DNA of 64,000 nt, taken from the NCBI GenBank assembly GCA_963817385.1, contig CAWFOM010000001.1:96001-160000 (forward strand), given 5' to 3'. The notes under the pieces are model-generated. The model was given only the letters and a program-made list of their open reading frames with translations, was not told the DNA's origin and searched no databases. Positions within the stretch are counted from its first letter, which is position 1, and every line of letters starts with the position of its first letter. The DNA comes from an uncultured delta proteobacterium (lineage in GTDB: Bacteria > Desulfobacterota > Syntrophia > Syntrophales > UBA5619). The translations under genes and the position numbers were made by a program. Shown one piece after another: positions 1-11,988 of the stretch.

Positions 1-1
1 C

Positions 2-1519
2 GAAGGGATCCGCGACGGCCGGCGGTTCATCGAGACCGCCCAACGGATCACGCCGGTGAAGCCGGTCCTCGCCCAGTACGTCGGCGGATCGGCCGCCGGC
101 GCCCGGGCGGGCCTCAGCCACACCGGCGCCCTGGCCGGCCCCGATTTGCTCTACGAAGGCATCTTCCAACAAGCCGGCATAATCCGTTGCCATTCCATCG
201 AAGACCTCTACACCCGCGGCTGGGTGCACGCCACCCAGCCGCCGCTGAGAGGCAACAGGCTCGCCGTCGTCACGAACTCCGGCGGGCCGGGGACGGCCAT
301 CGCCCATACCGCCGATCAGGGCGGCATGACGGTCCCCCGCTTCTCCGACACCCTGCAGGTCCGGATCCGGCCGCTGATCCCGCCCCACGCCTCCAGCGCC
401 AACCCGGTGGATCTTACCTTCCATCTGGACATGCGGACCCTGGCCATAACCATCCCCACGCTCATCATGGAAAGCGGCGAGGCGGACGGCGTCGTCCTCC
501 ATGGTGTGATGAATTCGGGCTTCATGAATATGGTCTACCCCCATGTCCGCGAACTGCTGGGCAATATATCCCGGGAGTCATTTCTCGAGGGGATAGCGTA
601 CGATATGACCCCCGCCGCGGCGCTGCCCCGGAAATACAACCTCCCCCTGGTCATCTCCTCCTTCTTCGGCCGCGAAGACAGCTTCACATCGTTCTATCGG
701 GAAAACGACATCCCCGTCTTCGACTCGCCCGAGAAGGCGGCCCGGGGGATGGTTTCCCTCCTCGACCACAAAAAGATCCGTGAACGGAAGCCCATCGAAC
801 AGCCGCTCCTCCCCGAGAAAAATCCCGGGGCGTCGCGGATCATCCGCGAGGCGCTTGCCGCCGGCCGGACGGCCCTCGACGAGCACCAGGCGAAACAGAT
901 CCTCGCCGCCTACGGCGTCACGGTCACCCGGGAGGCGATCGCCGCGACCGAGGACGAGGCCGTGGAAGCTGCACGCTCAATCGGATTTCCGGTCGCCGTG
1001 AAGGCCTGTGACTGGGAGATCATGCACAAAAGCGGCAAGGGGCTCATCGCCCTGAACGTTCAGTCGGAAGCGGGCCTTCGCACGGCGTTCCATGCCGTCC
1101 GGGAGGCCGCGGGCCGGAAGATCCCGATCCTCGTCCAGGCGATGGTTAACGGGAGTCGTGAGTTCGTCGCCGGGATGACCCGCTTCCCCGGTTTCGGTCC
1201 CTGCGTCCTGTTCGGCCTCGGCGGCACCTTCACCGAGGCGATCCGGGACACCTGCTTCCGGTCGGCGCCTTTGAGCGCAATGGAGGCGGAGGAGATGCTC
1301 TTCGCAATCCGGGCGAAGGCGCTCCTGGACGAGTTCCGCGGACTTCCCGCCGTCGACCGCACTGCCCTGGCCGGGATCCTCCAGGCCGTGGGTGTCGTCG
1401 CCCTGCTCCACCCGGAGATCGCCGAGATCGATCTCAATCCCGTCATCATCACGGACGCAACCCCCGTCATCGCCGACGCCCTGTTCATCCTGGCACCGCC
1501 CGCGGCGTGCATAGGATAA
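2..1519 (+). CDS. ADP-forming acetate/acyl-CoA ligase family protein (5' end outside window)
   Basis: Frame open from position 2; SHTGALAG phospho-His motif, TNSGGPG, NPVDLT, C-terminal ATP-grasp (HKS..G, EIDLNP). Confidence 0.9.
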   Translation, partial: EGIRDGRRFIETAQRITPVKPVLAQYVGGSAAGARAGLSHTGALAGPDLLYEGIFQQAGIIRCHSIEDLYTRGWVHATQPPLRGNRLAVVTNSGGPGTAIAHTADQGGMTVPRFSDTLQVRIRPLIPPHASSANPVDLTFHLDMRTLAITIPTLIMESGEADGVVLHGVMNSGFMNMVYPHVRELLGNISRESFLEGIAYDMTPAAALPRKYNLPLVISSFFGREDSFTSFYRENDIPVFDSPEKAARGMVSLLDHKKIRERKPIEQPLLPEKNPGASRIIREALAAGRTALDEHQAKQILAAYGVTVTREAIAATEDEAVEAARSIGFPVAVKACDWEIMHKSGKGLIALNVQSEAGLRTAFHAVREAAGRKIPILVQAMVNGSREFVAGMTRFPGFGPCVLFGLGGTFTEAIRDTCFRSAPLSAMEAEEMLFAIRAKALLDEFRGLPAVDRTALAGILQAVGVVALLHPEIAEIDLNPVIITDATPVIADALFILAPPAACIG

Positions 1520-1526
1520 AGATCCT

Positions 1527-3164
1527 TCAGACGACAACCGAGGACCGGATGTTCCCCCCCTCGAGACGGGTGTAGACGCTCTTCACCCACTCGGCCTTCG
1601 TATCGGGAAAATCATCCCGGAAATGGGCACCTCTGCTTTCCTCGCGAAAGAGCGCGGCACTGGCCACCGCCCGGGAGGCCAGCAGCATGGAGCGGACTTC
1701 AAAAAAGGCGCTCCGGTCCTCCGGGCGCTCCGGCTGTCCCTCTTCAAGGGAGTTCTGCCACGCTTCCATCCGGGCCAGGGCCCCGGCGAGCCCCGTTCCC
1801 CGGCGAACGATTCCCACCTCTTCCCACATCGTTTTCTTGAGGGTCTTGCGCAGGGCTTGGATCCTCTCCCGGCCGATCGTCGGGCCGCTCTGCCCCGCAG
1901 CCGGGCGGAACGCCTCATCGGGAGCGGAGACGCCTTCCCGCTCCCCGGCATACCGGACGGCGCTCCGGCCGGCGATCCGCCCGAAGACCAGGGCATCGCT
2001 CAAGCCGTTGCCGGAAAGCCGGTTCGCCCCGTGGATTCCCCCGCTTGCCTCACCGGCGACGTAAAGGCCATGAACGGAAGTCCGGCAGGAGGGATCGATC
2101 GCCACCCCGCCCATGAAGAAATGGGCAGCCGGAGTAACCAGGATCGGCTGCGTGTGAAGGTCAATCCCCCGCTTCGTAAACGCGGCAATCAGATCGGGAA
2201 ACCGAAAGGCCAGCAGGTCGCGGGGCACCCCCGTGATGTCCAGATACACCCCGCCATTGATCCCCCCGCCCTGCCGGATCTCCCGATAAATCGCCTGGCT
2301 CACGGCATCCCGGGTCGCCAGTTCCATGCGCTCGGGTTCGTATCGCGCCAGAAACCGCTCCCCGTCCTTGTTGCGCAGGACGGCCCCGTCGGAAAGGATC
2401 GGGCTGGAGATGGGGATGCGGGGCGATCCCAGGTGTACGCAGGGGAAGAACTGGACGAACTCCATATCCCGGAGGGGACAGCCGGCCTCCATCGCCAGGG
2501 CATAGGAATCGCCGGTGATGCCCCCCGGATTGGTGTTTTTCTCGTAGAGAAACCCCCCGCCTCCGCCCGCCAGAATCACGGCCCGGCATTCAACGGCGAC
2601 CATCTCCCCGGTTCGCCTGCGGACCCCCAGGGCACCTGCAATCCTGCCGTTTTCCACGACGAGCTTGACGATGCCGACCCCCTCCATCCGGGGAATGGAT
2701 CGCTCCATCACCCGCTGCCGCAGAGGAGCGGTGATCGACTTGCCCCGGATGTGCATGGGATAGCCCGGATTGACCGTAAAGACGGTCCGCGGACGGAGGT
2801 GGCCGGGGGGCTTGCGCAGATCGAAACGCCCCTCCCGTTTGATGAAGTTCAGGCCCAGTCTCTCCAGAAGCATGAGATCGCCGGGGGCGTTGGCCGCCAG
2901 GGTCCGCACCAGATCCGGGTCGTTGATCCCTGCTCCGGCCATGCAGGTCTCCTCCGCGTGGGAGGAGATGCGATCTCCGTTCGCCTCCCCTTCGGGCAAA
3001 ACGGCGGCGAAATTGGCGCCCGCCATCAGCGTCGCCCCGCTGTTGCCGACGGCGCCTTTGCTCACGATCAGGATGGACAGGGACGAGTCGGCGGCCTCCA
3101 GCGCCGCCATCATGGCCGCCAGCCCCCCGCCGATGATGAGAATGTCGGTCTTTAGTTTTTCCAT
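1527..3164 (-). CDS. FAD-dependent oxidoreductase, SdhA/FrdA/NadB flavoprotein family
   Basis: DILIIGGGLA FAD motif, MEFVQFFP, HFFMGG, HGANRLSGNGL, ESRGAH; start taken at MEKLKTD (3164). Confidence 0.88.
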   Translation of the reverse strand: MEKLKTDILIIGGGLAAMMAALEAADSSLSILIVSKGAVGNSGATLMAGANFAAVLPEGEANGDRISSHAEETCMAGAGINDPDLVRTLAANAPGDLMLLERLGLNFIKREGRFDLRKPPGHLRPRTVFTVNPGYPMHIRGKSITAPLRQRVMERSIPRMEGVGIVKLVVENGRIAGALGVRRRTGEMVAVECRAVILAGGGGGFLYEKNTNPGGITGDSYALAMEAGCPLRDMEFVQFFPCVHLGSPRIPISSPILSDGAVLRNKDGERFLARYEPERMELATRDAVSQAIYREIRQGGGINGGVYLDITGVPRDLLAFRFPDLIAAFTKRGIDLHTQPILVTPAAHFFMGGVAIDPSCRTSVHGLYVAGEASGGIHGANRLSGNGLSDALVFGRIAGRSAVRYAGEREGVSAPDEAFRPAAGQSGPTIGRERIQALRKTLKKTMWEEVGIVRRGTGLAGALARMEAWQNSLEEGQPERPEDRSAFFEVRSMLLASRAVASAALFREESRGAHFRDDFPDTKAEWVKSVYTRLEGGNIRSSVVV

Positions 3165-3249
3165 CGTTCCCCGCCCCACCGTTATACCGTTTGCCGCATG
3201 ATCCCCTTGATCGCAATGACTCCGCTGACTATTCCTCCCCGGTGTCCGA

Positions 3250-5097
3250 TCAGTTTGCGCCGTCACCGCCGGCAGGCGCACAGCGGGCCATCACCATCTC
3301 TATCGTGGCGTGCAGTTGCCGCATGTCAATGGGTTTGCTGATATAGTCGTCCATTCCCGCCGCCAGGCAGCGCTCCCGGTCCCCCTGCATGGCGCTGGCG
3401 GTCATGGCAATGACAGGGACGCGAACGCCCCCCGAAGCGCGCTCCGCATCGCGTATCGCCGCCGTTGCCTCCAGCCCGCCCAGCACCGGCATCTGCACGT
3501 CCATCATCACCAGATCGAATTGTTCCCGCCGAACCATCTCCACCGCCTGGGCACCGTCCCAGGCAACGGTCACGCGGTGTCCCTCATTCTCCAGCACACG
3601 CTGTGCGAGAAACTGGTTTACCGGATTGTCCTCCGCCAAAAGGATGTTGAGGGCGCCGCACGGCGCCGCGGCCCGGTTCACGGTGGGCACCGGGGCAAGA
3701 CCGTCCGCCGGTTCGGGGCAGAGAGGCTTTGCACCGACGGGCGGCGCACCGGAGGAAACGGCGAAACGGGCGGTGAAAAAGAAACGACTGCCGACTCCGG
3801 GTTCGCTTTCCACCCACACGCGGCCCTGCATCATCTGGACAAGCCGCCGCGATATGGCAAGCCCGAGCCCCGTGCCGCCGTATTTACGCGTGGTGGAAGC
3901 GTCAACCTGGCTGAAGAATTCAAAAATGAGCTGCTGCTTGTCGGCGGCGATGCCGATACCCGTGTCGCGTACCATGAACCGCAGCGTCACCGCTTCCTCC
4001 GACCGGCGCTCCAAAGACACCCGCACCTCCACCTCGCCGCGGTCGGTGAATTTCACGGCGTTCCCCACCAGATTCAAGAGCACCTGCCGCAGCCGACCCG
4101 GATCACCGCACAGGAAGTCGGGGACCCCGGGATCGATATGGGACAGGAGCATCAGCCCTTTTTCGCGGGCGTATTGCGCCACCGTCCGAAGAACGGCCGC
4201 CAGCGTCTCTCCCAGAGTAAAATCGGTGCTCTCGAGATCAAGCCGCCCGGCTTCGATCTTGGAGAAATCCAGCACATCGTTGATAACCGTGAGCAGGGCG
4301 TCCGCCGCCGATTTCACGGTCGTCAAATATTCGCGCTGCTCGCCGGAAAGCGGGGTGTCCAGGGTAAGCTCGGTCATGCCGATGATGGCGTTCATCGGGG
4401 TGCGGATCTCATGGCTCATGTTGGCCAGAAATTCGCTCTTGGCGTGGCTCGCCGCTTCCGCCGCATCTTTCGCCTGACGCAGCTCGATAGCGCTGTCGCG
4501 CACGATTTTGAAGGCCTCTTCCAACTCGGTGTTGCTGCGGCGCAGCTTATACCGCAGGTTGGACAGGTAGGACCCCATCCCGGCAAACCAGGAGATCACC
4601 GCCGCCATCACGATCCACTGCACCATCTCGACACGCAGATCGATGGCGGCCCGACGGAACTCCCACAATAGCGTAATCACCGAGGCGTGGCACACCAGTA
4701 TCAGGAAAGCGACGCCGAATATCTGTCGGGTGCGGAGGTGGAACATTCCGAACACGAAAGAGACCATGTAGATTATCAAAAACATGGCGCGCGCTTCACG
4801 GGCAAAAAACACCAGATGGCTGATGACCAGGATGGAGGCAACGATCTGCGGCAGGGTCAGGCTGGGATCTGCGAAGCGAAGGTTCCAGCCGGTGCGGAAC
4901 AACACGTAGAACAGGGCGATAAGGAACAGGATGGCAACGGAGGCCTGGAGGAAGGGGGCCAGGTCGAGAATCCCCTGCCACCAGCACAGCGCCGCCAGGA
5001 CGATCACCATGAGGGAGGTGCCGGCCGCCATCTGATAGCGCCGCATCCTCACCGCCTGCTCTTTGTTCTCCTGCTCGGTCAACATCATACCCGTCAA
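3250..5097 (-). CDS. Membrane-bound hybrid sensor histidine kinase/response regulator
   Basis: N-terminal multi-TM region; H-box [22 protein letters not shown]-terminal receiver (LLAEDN, MDVQMP, KP). Confidence 0.93.
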   Translation of the reverse strand: MTGMMLTEQENKEQAVRMRRYQMAAGTSLMVIVLAALCWWQGILDLAPFLQASVAILFLIALFYVLFRTGWNLRFADPSLTLPQIVASILVISHLVFFAREARAMFLIIYMVSFVFGMFHLRTRQIFGVAFLILVCHASVITLLWEFRRAAIDLRVEMVQWIVMAAVISWFAGMGSYLSNLRYKLRRSNTELEEAFKIVRDSAIELRQAKDAAEAASHAKSEFLANMSHEIRTPMNAIIGMTELTLDTPLSGEQREYLTTVKSAADALLTVINDVLDFSKIEAGRLDLESTDFTLGETLAAVLRTVAQYAREKGLMLLSHIDPGVPDFLCGDPGRLRQVLLNLVGNAVKFTDRGEVEVRVSLERRSEEAVTLRFMVRDTGIGIAADKQQLIFEFFSQVDASTTRKYGGTGLGLAISRRLVQMMQGRVWVESEPGVGSRFFFTARFAVSSGAPPVGAKPLCPEPADGLAPVPTVNRAAAPCGALNILLAEDNPVNQFLAQRVLENEGHRVTVAWDGAQAVEMVRREQFDLVMMDVQMPVLGGLEATAAIRDAERASGGVRVPVIAMTASAMQGDRERCLAAGMDDYISKPIDMRQLHATIEMVMARCAPAGGDGAN

Positions 5098-5722
5098 ACC
5101 CCGTCCCCCTGTTGTCGTGGAAGAGCCGCACCGCGCAGATCGGAAACCAGCTTCCTGCCGGCGGCCAAGGCCTGCGGAAGCGCATCGGGCGATTTCAGTA
5201 TGTCGCCGCAGGCGTCGACGCCCCGAAAGAGCAGCTCACCCGTATACTCCGTATTGAAGGCATCGAAGAAATACCGGACCGTCAGGACCGCCCCCTCGAA
5301 CATGCGCTTACCCTTGGTCCCCCCCACGGAGATAAAGAAGCCCCTCCTCTTCTCGACCTCCGCTCCCAGAGCGGGATCGTGGAGCACGTATTTCCGTGCC
5401 CACAGCGCCTGACAACGGTCCACCATGGCCTTGGCCCAGCCGGTAATCCCGTAGAAGAATATGGGCGAGGCAAGGATGACGATATCCGCCTCCAACAACC
5501 GGGAATAGATGCCCCGCATGTCATCGGCGATAACGCAGGCGCCGTCCTTGAAGCAGGTGAGGCACTCCCGGCAGGGGGTAATCCGGAAATCACACAGATG
5601 TATCCCCTCCACCCGCGCCCCCTCTTCCCGCGCCCCCTTCAGGGCCTCTTCGAGAAGGAGGTCCGTGTTTCCCCCCGCCGGGGGCTCCCGAAGAGCCCCA
5701 GAACCTTCAGCGCATTGTTCAT
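5094..5722 (-). CDS. Flavodoxin-fold / iron-sulfur flavoprotein (NADPH-dependent FMN reductase family); apparent 1-nt frameshift in G-run near 5675
   Basis: ATG 5722 gives [16 protein letters not shown], which joins GGNTDLL in another frame; CxxCxxC..C motif; ASPIFF. Confidence 0.85.
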
Positions 5723-5734
5723 TGTTCCACCTCG

Positions 5735-6929
5735 TCAACAGGGTGCGGGAATGGAACGGAAGTCCCGCATGCCGTCCAGTTGGGGTTTCTCGACATCTTT
5801 ATGCTGAACGAGCACCTTGAAAATCTCCCCCATGCCCGCGTCGGGCTCTATGAGGTGCTTGAGGGAGAGACGCATTTTCAATGCATCGATCTCCGCTATC
5901 CTCCTTGGCCGCCTCCGCCATCTCGCCAAGAAGCCCCAGGCTGATGAGAAAGCGATACTGGGGAACCAGACCGGTGAACGACAAACCCGCCTCTTCCCCC
6001 CCGCGGATAAGTGCGGAGAAATTGACATGGGCGGTCATGTCCTGTTCGCCGACCCGTTCATAGGGATTTTCGGACGACCGATGCCGGTAATAACACATGA
6101 TCGTCCCCGACCTGCGCCACGGGGCATAGAGTTCATCGGCAAGGCAGCCGTAATCGATCGTCATGACGAAACCCCTTCGGAGGCTGCGCCCCATGGCGCG
6201 AATCCATTGAAGGGCCTGGAGATTTACTTCCGCCTCCTGCCCTTCCGTTAGCACAACGTCGTCAACGGTGAAGTATTCGGCGATCTCCGGTGAAGAGAGA
6301 TCGCCGGGCGCCTCCACGAAACCGCCATCATGTTCCCCCACGTAGATCTCCCGGAGCTTGCCGCCTTGAAAAACTACCCGGTGGACCGGAAACGCGTCAA
6401 CCAGTTCGTTGGAGAGAAAACAGCCCTCGATCGCCTGTTCACCCCTTTCCAACTCCCCCGCTTCCCCCCAGGATACCTTCCCCTCCCGCTCGTAGAAGGC
6501 CAGCGTTTCCTTCTGTTCTTCGACACGCCGGCGGGAGGCATCGAAGAGCCGATAGTCGAGGCGGCGATAAAACGCCGGGGCGCTCCGGCTGGCCCAGTCC
6601 AGGATATCCCGGCACAGAAACCCCCGCCCCGCCCCCATCTCGACCACGGTGAAGCGCTTCGCCCCCATGCGCTCGCTCATCTGAATGATCTGCTTAGCCA
6701 CCATGCGTCCAAAAAACGGATGCACGCACGGGGCGGTGTAATAATCCCCCCGCTTCCCCGTTTTCGTGCCTTCCGAATGGTAATACCCGTAATCCGGGTG
6801 GTAGAGACACCACTCCATAAAACGAGCGAAGGGGACGGGCCCGCCCTCCCTGATTTGCGCAAGGATGAAATTCCGCAGGCCGCCACCGGGACGAGGGTCG
6901 CGTTTGTTCATGGACTGGGTGTTACTCAT
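5735..6929 (-). CDS. MidA/NDUFAF7-family SAM-dependent methyltransferase; frameshift near 5890
   Basis: GDYYTAP, VEMGAGRG, SNELVDAFP, IDYG, QDMTAHVNF; C-terminus (LIEPDAGMGEIFKVL) in ORF 5735..6028. Confidence 0.88.
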
Positions 6930-7246
6930 GGGCGCTCGCTTCTTACGCCGGAAGAATAGGGAAAGCGCCCGTGCATGTCAATGATTTTCTCCCGCGGTTT
7001 ATTAAAGCCTGTTCAGGCACAGGAAAGCGATACGCTGAGTGCGGAAGGAAAGAAGGGAACTTGAAGCATTCCGCAGCATGGATTGATCCCCGAATCCGGA
7101 GGACGAAGGGAGCGAACATCAATATAAACAGTTGCCAATAGAAGGGATTGATGTTATTGAGTATCCAGGAAATGGACCGAGTCGAGGGATCCTGAGACCC
7201 GGCAAATCGCCGCTTCACTGGTCGTGCGTGACCAAAGGAGGGAGGT

Positions 7247-8921
7247 ATGTCATTCGAACGGATCTGGCACAAGTCCTACGCCCCCGGCGTACCGCCGGCA
7301 ATCGAGCCGGAGCAAATTACGATGGGGGAAGTCCTCCGGCGGACCGCCAAGCGGTACCCGGATCGGACGGCCTTCATCTTCATGGGCCGCAAGATCTCCT
7401 TTGAGGAGCTGGAGTCGCTGGTCAACCGCTTCACCCGGGCCCTGGCGGGCCTTGGTGTCACGGCGGGAGATAAAGTGGCAATGCTTCTGCCGAATCTTCC
7501 TCAGTTGGTGATCGCCAACCATGCCTGTTACCGCCTCGGCGCCATTACCGTGATGAACAACCCGCTCTACTCGGAGCGGGAACTGGAGCGGCAGCTCAAC
7601 GATTCCGACGCGCGCTTCCTCATTACCCTCGATCTCCTCCTCCCCCGGGCGTTGAAGCTCAAGCCTTCGACAAAAATCGAGGCGATCATTCCCTGTCACA
7701 TCAATGACTATCTCCCCTTTCCGAAGAAGCAGCTCTACCCATTCGTGAAGAAGGAGATGTACCGGAAAGTCATCGCGGAGCCGGGCGTCCACCCCTTCCT
7801 CGATCTGATCGGCAAGTACCCCGATGACCCCGTCCCCATCGAGGCCCGGTGGGGTGATGTCGCCGCCTTCATCTACACCGGCGGGACGACCGGGGTGAGC
7901 AAGGGGGCCATGCTGACCCACGCGAACATCAGCGGAGTGGTCCAGCAGTTCCTCGCCTGGTTTCCCGATTTGAAGGAGAGCGAGGAGACCATCATGGGGG
8001 TCTACCCCATCTTCCACTCGGCAGGCTACACGGTAAGCCAGAACCTCACCATATGGGAAGGCTGGACGAGCATCATGATCCCCAGGCCCGAACCGGGTAT
8101 CATCATCGAGATGCTCAAGGCCTACAAACCGGGATTCCTCCCCGGCGTCCCGACGATCTTCGTCGGCCTCCTCAATCGGGAGGAATTCCGGAAGATGGAT
8201 CTCTCTTTCATACAAGGGGTTCTTCGGCGGAGCGGCCCCGCTGGCAGCGGATACGGTGAAACAGCTCACCGAACTCACCGGCAAGGGGATCTACGACGTT
8301 TACGGGCTCACCGAGAACACCGCCCTGGCCACCTGCACCCCCTGGAAGGGGAAGATCAAACCCGGCACCGTCGGCGTCCCCATCCCCAACACGGAGATTA
8401 GGATCGTCGATCTGGCGACGGGTACGCAGGAGCTTCCGGCCGGCGAGGCGGGAGAGATCTGTATCAAGGGACCCCAACTCATGCAGGGCTATTACAATAG
8501 ACCGGAGGAGACGGCAAATGCCCTCCGCGACGGCTGGCTCTACTCGGGAGACATCGGCTTTCTCGATGAGGACGGCCACCTGACGATCATCGATAGGAAG
8601 AAGGACATGATTGTTGCCGGCGGCTACAACATCTATCCCAAAGAGATCGACGAGGTTCTCTATGAACATCCGAAGATCGTCGAGACCTGCGCTGTCGGCG
8701 TCCCGGACGAGTACCGCGGCGAGACGGTGAAGGCCTTCGTCGTGATCAAGCCGGGGGAAAGCCTCACGGAAGAGGAGGTCATCGACTATTGCCGGGAGCG
8801 TCTGGCCGCCTATAAGGTCCCCAAGCAGATCGAATTCCTGCCATCCCTCCCCAAGAGCGCCGTAGGGAAGATCCTCCGGCGCGAACTCCGGGCACTGGCG
8901 ACAAAACAAGCGGATACTTAA
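7247..8921 (+). CDS. Long-chain-fatty-acid--CoA ligase; frameshift near 8210
   Basis: YTGGTTGVSKG AMP-binding motif in 7247..8401; YGLTE, GD, PKSAVGKILRR in 8256..8921. Confidence 0.92.
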
Positions 8922-8956
8922 AGAAGAAGTAACTTCGCGACGGCAGTCGAGAGCCG

Positions 8957-9226
8957 CTATTTGGAAAACCTCTGAGCAGCGCGTGCTCGTGCCTTGGAAG
9001 CCTCTTCTGCACGGTTCCTCGGCGGTGCGTTCGTCTCTAGCGAGTTCAGAAGATTTCTGGAGACTGCTTCCACCTCGTCAACAGCCGCAAAGAATGCATC
9101 TTCGTTGACCTTCGATGGCTTGTTGAAGCCGCTTACTTTTCTCACGAATTGTAGTGCGGCCCCGCGAATCTCATCGTCGGTCACAGGCGGTTCGAAGTTG
9201 AAGAGGGTCTTGATGTTTCTGCACAT
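8957..9226 (-). CDS. DUF2277 family protein (distal integron cassette)
   Basis: MCRNIKTLFNFEPP...AALQFVRKVSGF signature; starts just after the attC at 9253-9309. Confidence 0.85.
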   Translation of the reverse strand: MCRNIKTLFNFEPPVTDDEIRGAALQFVRKVSGFNKPSKVNEDAFFAAVDEVEAVSRNLLNSLETNAPPRNRAEEASKARARAAQRFSK

Positions 9227-9252
9227 AGGCGTTACCTCGCTGTACCAGAGTC

Positions 9253-9309
9253 ACCCAACAACACGCTGCACCTGCCGCTTTAGCGGGCAGGTGCAGCGTG
9301 TTGTTGGCG
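9253..9309 (-). repeat. attC site
   Basis: Minus strand CGCCAAC-AACACGCTGCACCTGCC(C)GCT..AGCGGCAGGTGCAGCGTGTT-GTTGGGT; near-perfect hairpin with one extra base. Confidence 0.8.
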
Positions 9310-9314
9310 AGTAA

Positions 9315-9460
9315 CCTATTGAATGATCGAATATATTTTGTGGTTTCCCCTCCATGATAGGAACAATCGTTTTGTACCATGACGCAAAATTTTCATGAGC
9401 CATTAGATCGTTGAGCGTTTTTTCATACGCCGCCAATGAGGAATGAGTTGTTTTGCGTAC
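9315..9460 (-). pseudogene. Degraded cassette gene remnant (NIPSNAP-like C-terminus)
   Basis: HSSLAAYEKTLNDLMAHENFASWYKTIVPIMEG with no clean start; bounded by cassette start GTTGGCG (9542-9536) and matching R'' CGCCAAC. Confidence 0.4.
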
Positions 9461-9535
9461 TACCGTAGCAGCTAGCGATTTTATAAATACCTCTTTGGTA
9501 TGCTGGCAAGGGCGATCCTTCCTGGCTCTTGTCAC

Positions 9536-9596
9536 CGCCAACCCCGAGTGTCGGGATCGCGCTTTTGCGGCGCCACTCTCGAACGCAAGGTTAGAT
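9536..9596 (-). repeat. Degenerate attC site
   Basis: Left half ATCTAAC CTTGCGTTCGAGAG..GCCGCAAAAGCGCG intact; right arm scrambled; R' GTTGGCG. Confidence 0.6.
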
Positions 9597-9629
9597 TGTT
9601 CATAATCCGTCGTAGCGGCTATTTCTGCT

Positions 9630-9995
9630 TCACCGCCTGCTTGGTTCAATGAGGATCACGCCAGCACTTGCCTGTAGTGGATATGACCCCATCGCCGGGC
9701 CGGCAAACCAAACCTTCACTTGTTGCCCCACTTGAAGTTCGGTAGTGCCCACGATACCTTCGCCTTGGCGGAACACGTGAGTACCATCCGTTATTCTCAC
9801 GCGCGCCTTAGCGGAGCCATGTGACTCAGCAGGATTCTCTTCCACAACAACCACGGGTAGAGCTATAGATGTAACCTGTCCGATAATCGACGGTGTCGTG
9901 CGTGGGATGGCGACGATAACATCAGATGCCGAGGACGAACACGCAGAGATAATCAGGGCACTGAAAAGGAGTACATTCACGGAGCAGGTACGCAT
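9630..9995 (-). CDS. DUF3221 (YobA-like) lipoprotein, integron cassette
   Basis: Lipobox ISAC; LQVGQQVKVWFAGP..SYPLQASA OB-fold-like signature. Confidence 0.8.
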   Translation of the reverse strand: MRTCSVNVLLFSALIISACSSSASDVIVAIPRTTPSIIGQVTSIALPVVVVEENPAESHGSAKARVRITDGTHVFRQGEGIVGTTELQVGQQVKVWFAGPAMGSYPLQASAGVILIEPSRR

Positions 9996-10127
9996 GTTTT
10001 TTCTTTACGCTTTTCGAGTATGTTTGGCAATCTAATCGGGATGCGGTGGCGCCGTCCATTTCTCAAGGTGTAATTACTTATTGGTGCTCGTTGAAGGCTT
10101 AGTCGGCATCGTGTGATCATCGCAGCG

Positions 10128-11087
10128 TTAGTCCCCCGTCTTCGCAATAACCGGGCGCAGAGGCGCCTCGTTGACATGCAACTGAAACACGTCCGGTCGG
10201 CTGTAATGGCCGGCGACGTCAAAGTCGAACTTCCCGCGGCCGATATCGCCGAGATCGAGCGTCGCCGTCAGAATGGTTTCGCCCTCAAAATGAGGCCCCG
10301 CGAGTACCTTGCCCAAAGGGCTGACGATTGCGCTACCGCCGCGCATCAACACCGAATCAGGCGAATCGCCGAGGGACACGCGCATGGTGTCCGGGAAATC
10401 CTTCTTGCGGATGAACTGGCATGCCGTTAGTACGAAACAGCGCCCTTCCAACGCGATGTGTTGCATAGACGACAACCAGGTGTCCCTGTCGTCAGCGGTA
10501 GGGGCGCAATACAACGCGACGTTCTTTGAATACATCGCCATCCGCAGCATCGGCATGTAGTTCTCCCAGCAGATCACCGAGCCGATTCGTCCGTAGGGAC
10601 TGTCCACGGCCGTCAACGTCGAACCATCGCCGAATCCCCAGATCATTCGCTCCAACGCGGTCGGCATGAGCTTGCGGTGTTTGCCGAGCAGCCGACCGTC
10701 CGGACCAAAGAAAAGTACCGTGCAGTAACAGGTGCCCAGTTCGCGCTCGATCACCCCCATCACTACGTAACTTCCCTGTGCCGCGGCGGCCTCACCGAGC
10801 CGCTGCGTTTGCGGACCGGGCACCTCGATTGCCGCATCGAGATAAATCCGAAACTCTTCACGCCCGGCCGCATCGCGCGCGCCAATCACAAGGCCATAAC
10901 CGAACCCCTTCGGATATCCGACGATGAACGCCTCCGGGAAGACAATCACTTTTGCGCCGGTGTCAGCTGCTTCTCCGATCAGGCGAACTGCCTTATCAAC
11001 ACACGCTTCAGTATCGAATGGCACTGCTGCCGCTTGTACTACGGCAACCTGAACCGTTTTCTCTTTTGTAGACGAAATCATTTGCAT
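10128..11087 (-). CDS. Nitrilase (carbon-nitrogen hydrolase family)
   Basis: Catalytic triad motifs FPEAF, HRKLMPT, ICWEN; GHYSRPDVF; RBS GAGGAGG. Confidence 0.93.
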   Translation of the reverse strand: MQMISSTKEKTVQVAVVQAAAVPFDTEACVDKAVRLIGEAADTGAKVIVFPEAFIVGYPKGFGYGLVIGARDAAGREEFRIYLDAAIEVPGPQTQRLGEAAAAQGSYVVMGVIERELGTCYCTVLFFGPDGRLLGKHRKLMPTALERMIWGFGDGSTLTAVDSPYGRIGSVICWENYMPMLRMAMYSKNVALYCAPTADDRDTWLSSMQHIALEGRCFVLTACQFIRKKDFPDTMRVSLGDSPDSVLMRGGSAIVSPLGKVLAGPHFEGETILTATLDLGDIGRGKFDFDVAGHYSRPDVFQLHVNEAPLRPVIAKTGD

Positions 11088-11189
11088 AAACCTCCTCTCT
11101 CTATCAGTCGGCGCCTAGGAGGAAGCCATATGAGATTCTGCACCAACCAGCACAAATGGTATTGCGGAATCGATCCGCATCAGGAGGCC

Positions 11190-11678
11190 TTATAAGTGTT
11201 GGGCCGCGCCACTCCAGTGCTTCCAGAGAACAATAAACGTGATGTAGTGCGTCACCAACAACGCGGGGACCCAGAACGCAGGTATCCAATATGCCGGCCC
11301 CATATACGCCGACGCCCCATAGATCGTGGCCAATGTTATAGCTGCGATTAGGTCCGCTGTTCCTTCTACATTGAAAATCCATACGAGCAGTCGACCACCA
11401 GGTACGTTTCGTACCACAGATGGAATCGCGGCAAGCGCGAGCAACGCGGCAAGCAGGTCACCGAATGCTGCTGGATAGGCGAATTGAGGGGGGATTCCCG
11501 CGTAGGTGGCTCCCGGAGCAAGGAACATCAGGCCGAGGTGTCGGAACGAATGTAGCAGAAGGATCGGCACCAGAACTGCCTGCGGACTGAGTTCCGAAAG
11601 TTTCGGCAAGAGGTAGATCCGAGCAACGACCCAGAACACAAAGGTACTGAATAGAAGATTAACGGTCAGAACGTTCAT
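11190..11678 (-). CDS. Hypothetical integral membrane protein
   Basis: 162 aa, several hydrophobic helices, LLHSFRH / GDLLAA motifs; RBS GGAGG. Confidence 0.75.
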   Translation of the reverse strand: MNVLTVNLLFSTFVFWVVARIYLLPKLSELSPQAVLVPILLLHSFRHLGLMFLAPGATYAGIPPQFAYPAAFGDLLAALLALAAIPSVVRNVPGGRLLVWIFNVEGTADLIAAITLATIYGASAYMGPAYWIPAFWVPALLVTHYITFIVLWKHWSGAAQHL

Positions 11679-11754
11679 CTTTGCACCTCCATTTCGTCAG
11701 GTGGCAACCATTTTTGGGGAAGGCTACCGTCCGTTGCAACCGTTTGGACTTGCC

Positions 11755-11985
11755 AATATCCACAATGATACCCTCCCGGTACTCTTTCCGCCAACGGGAA
11801 AGCATGAATGGGTGTATATCCAGCGCCTCAGCTACGTCCTTAACTTGCACACCCGGTAAATGGCTGAGCTTTACCGCCGTTGCCTTGAACTCTTGGCCGT
11901 AACTGTGTATCTTCCTAGGTCCAATCATCTTCGCCATTATAACACCTCCGTTAGTTCGAGGTGTCTACATTACCGGGGGAACTTT
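11755..11985 (-). mobile_element. IS3-family remnant (left end + truncated OrfA)
   Basis: ORF 11659..11937: YGQEFKATAVKL...VKDVAEALDIHPFMLSRWRKE HTH_Tnp_1 signature; no OrfB; end-like CCCCCGGTAATGTAGACACC. Confidence 0.75.
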
Positions 11986-11988
11986 TTT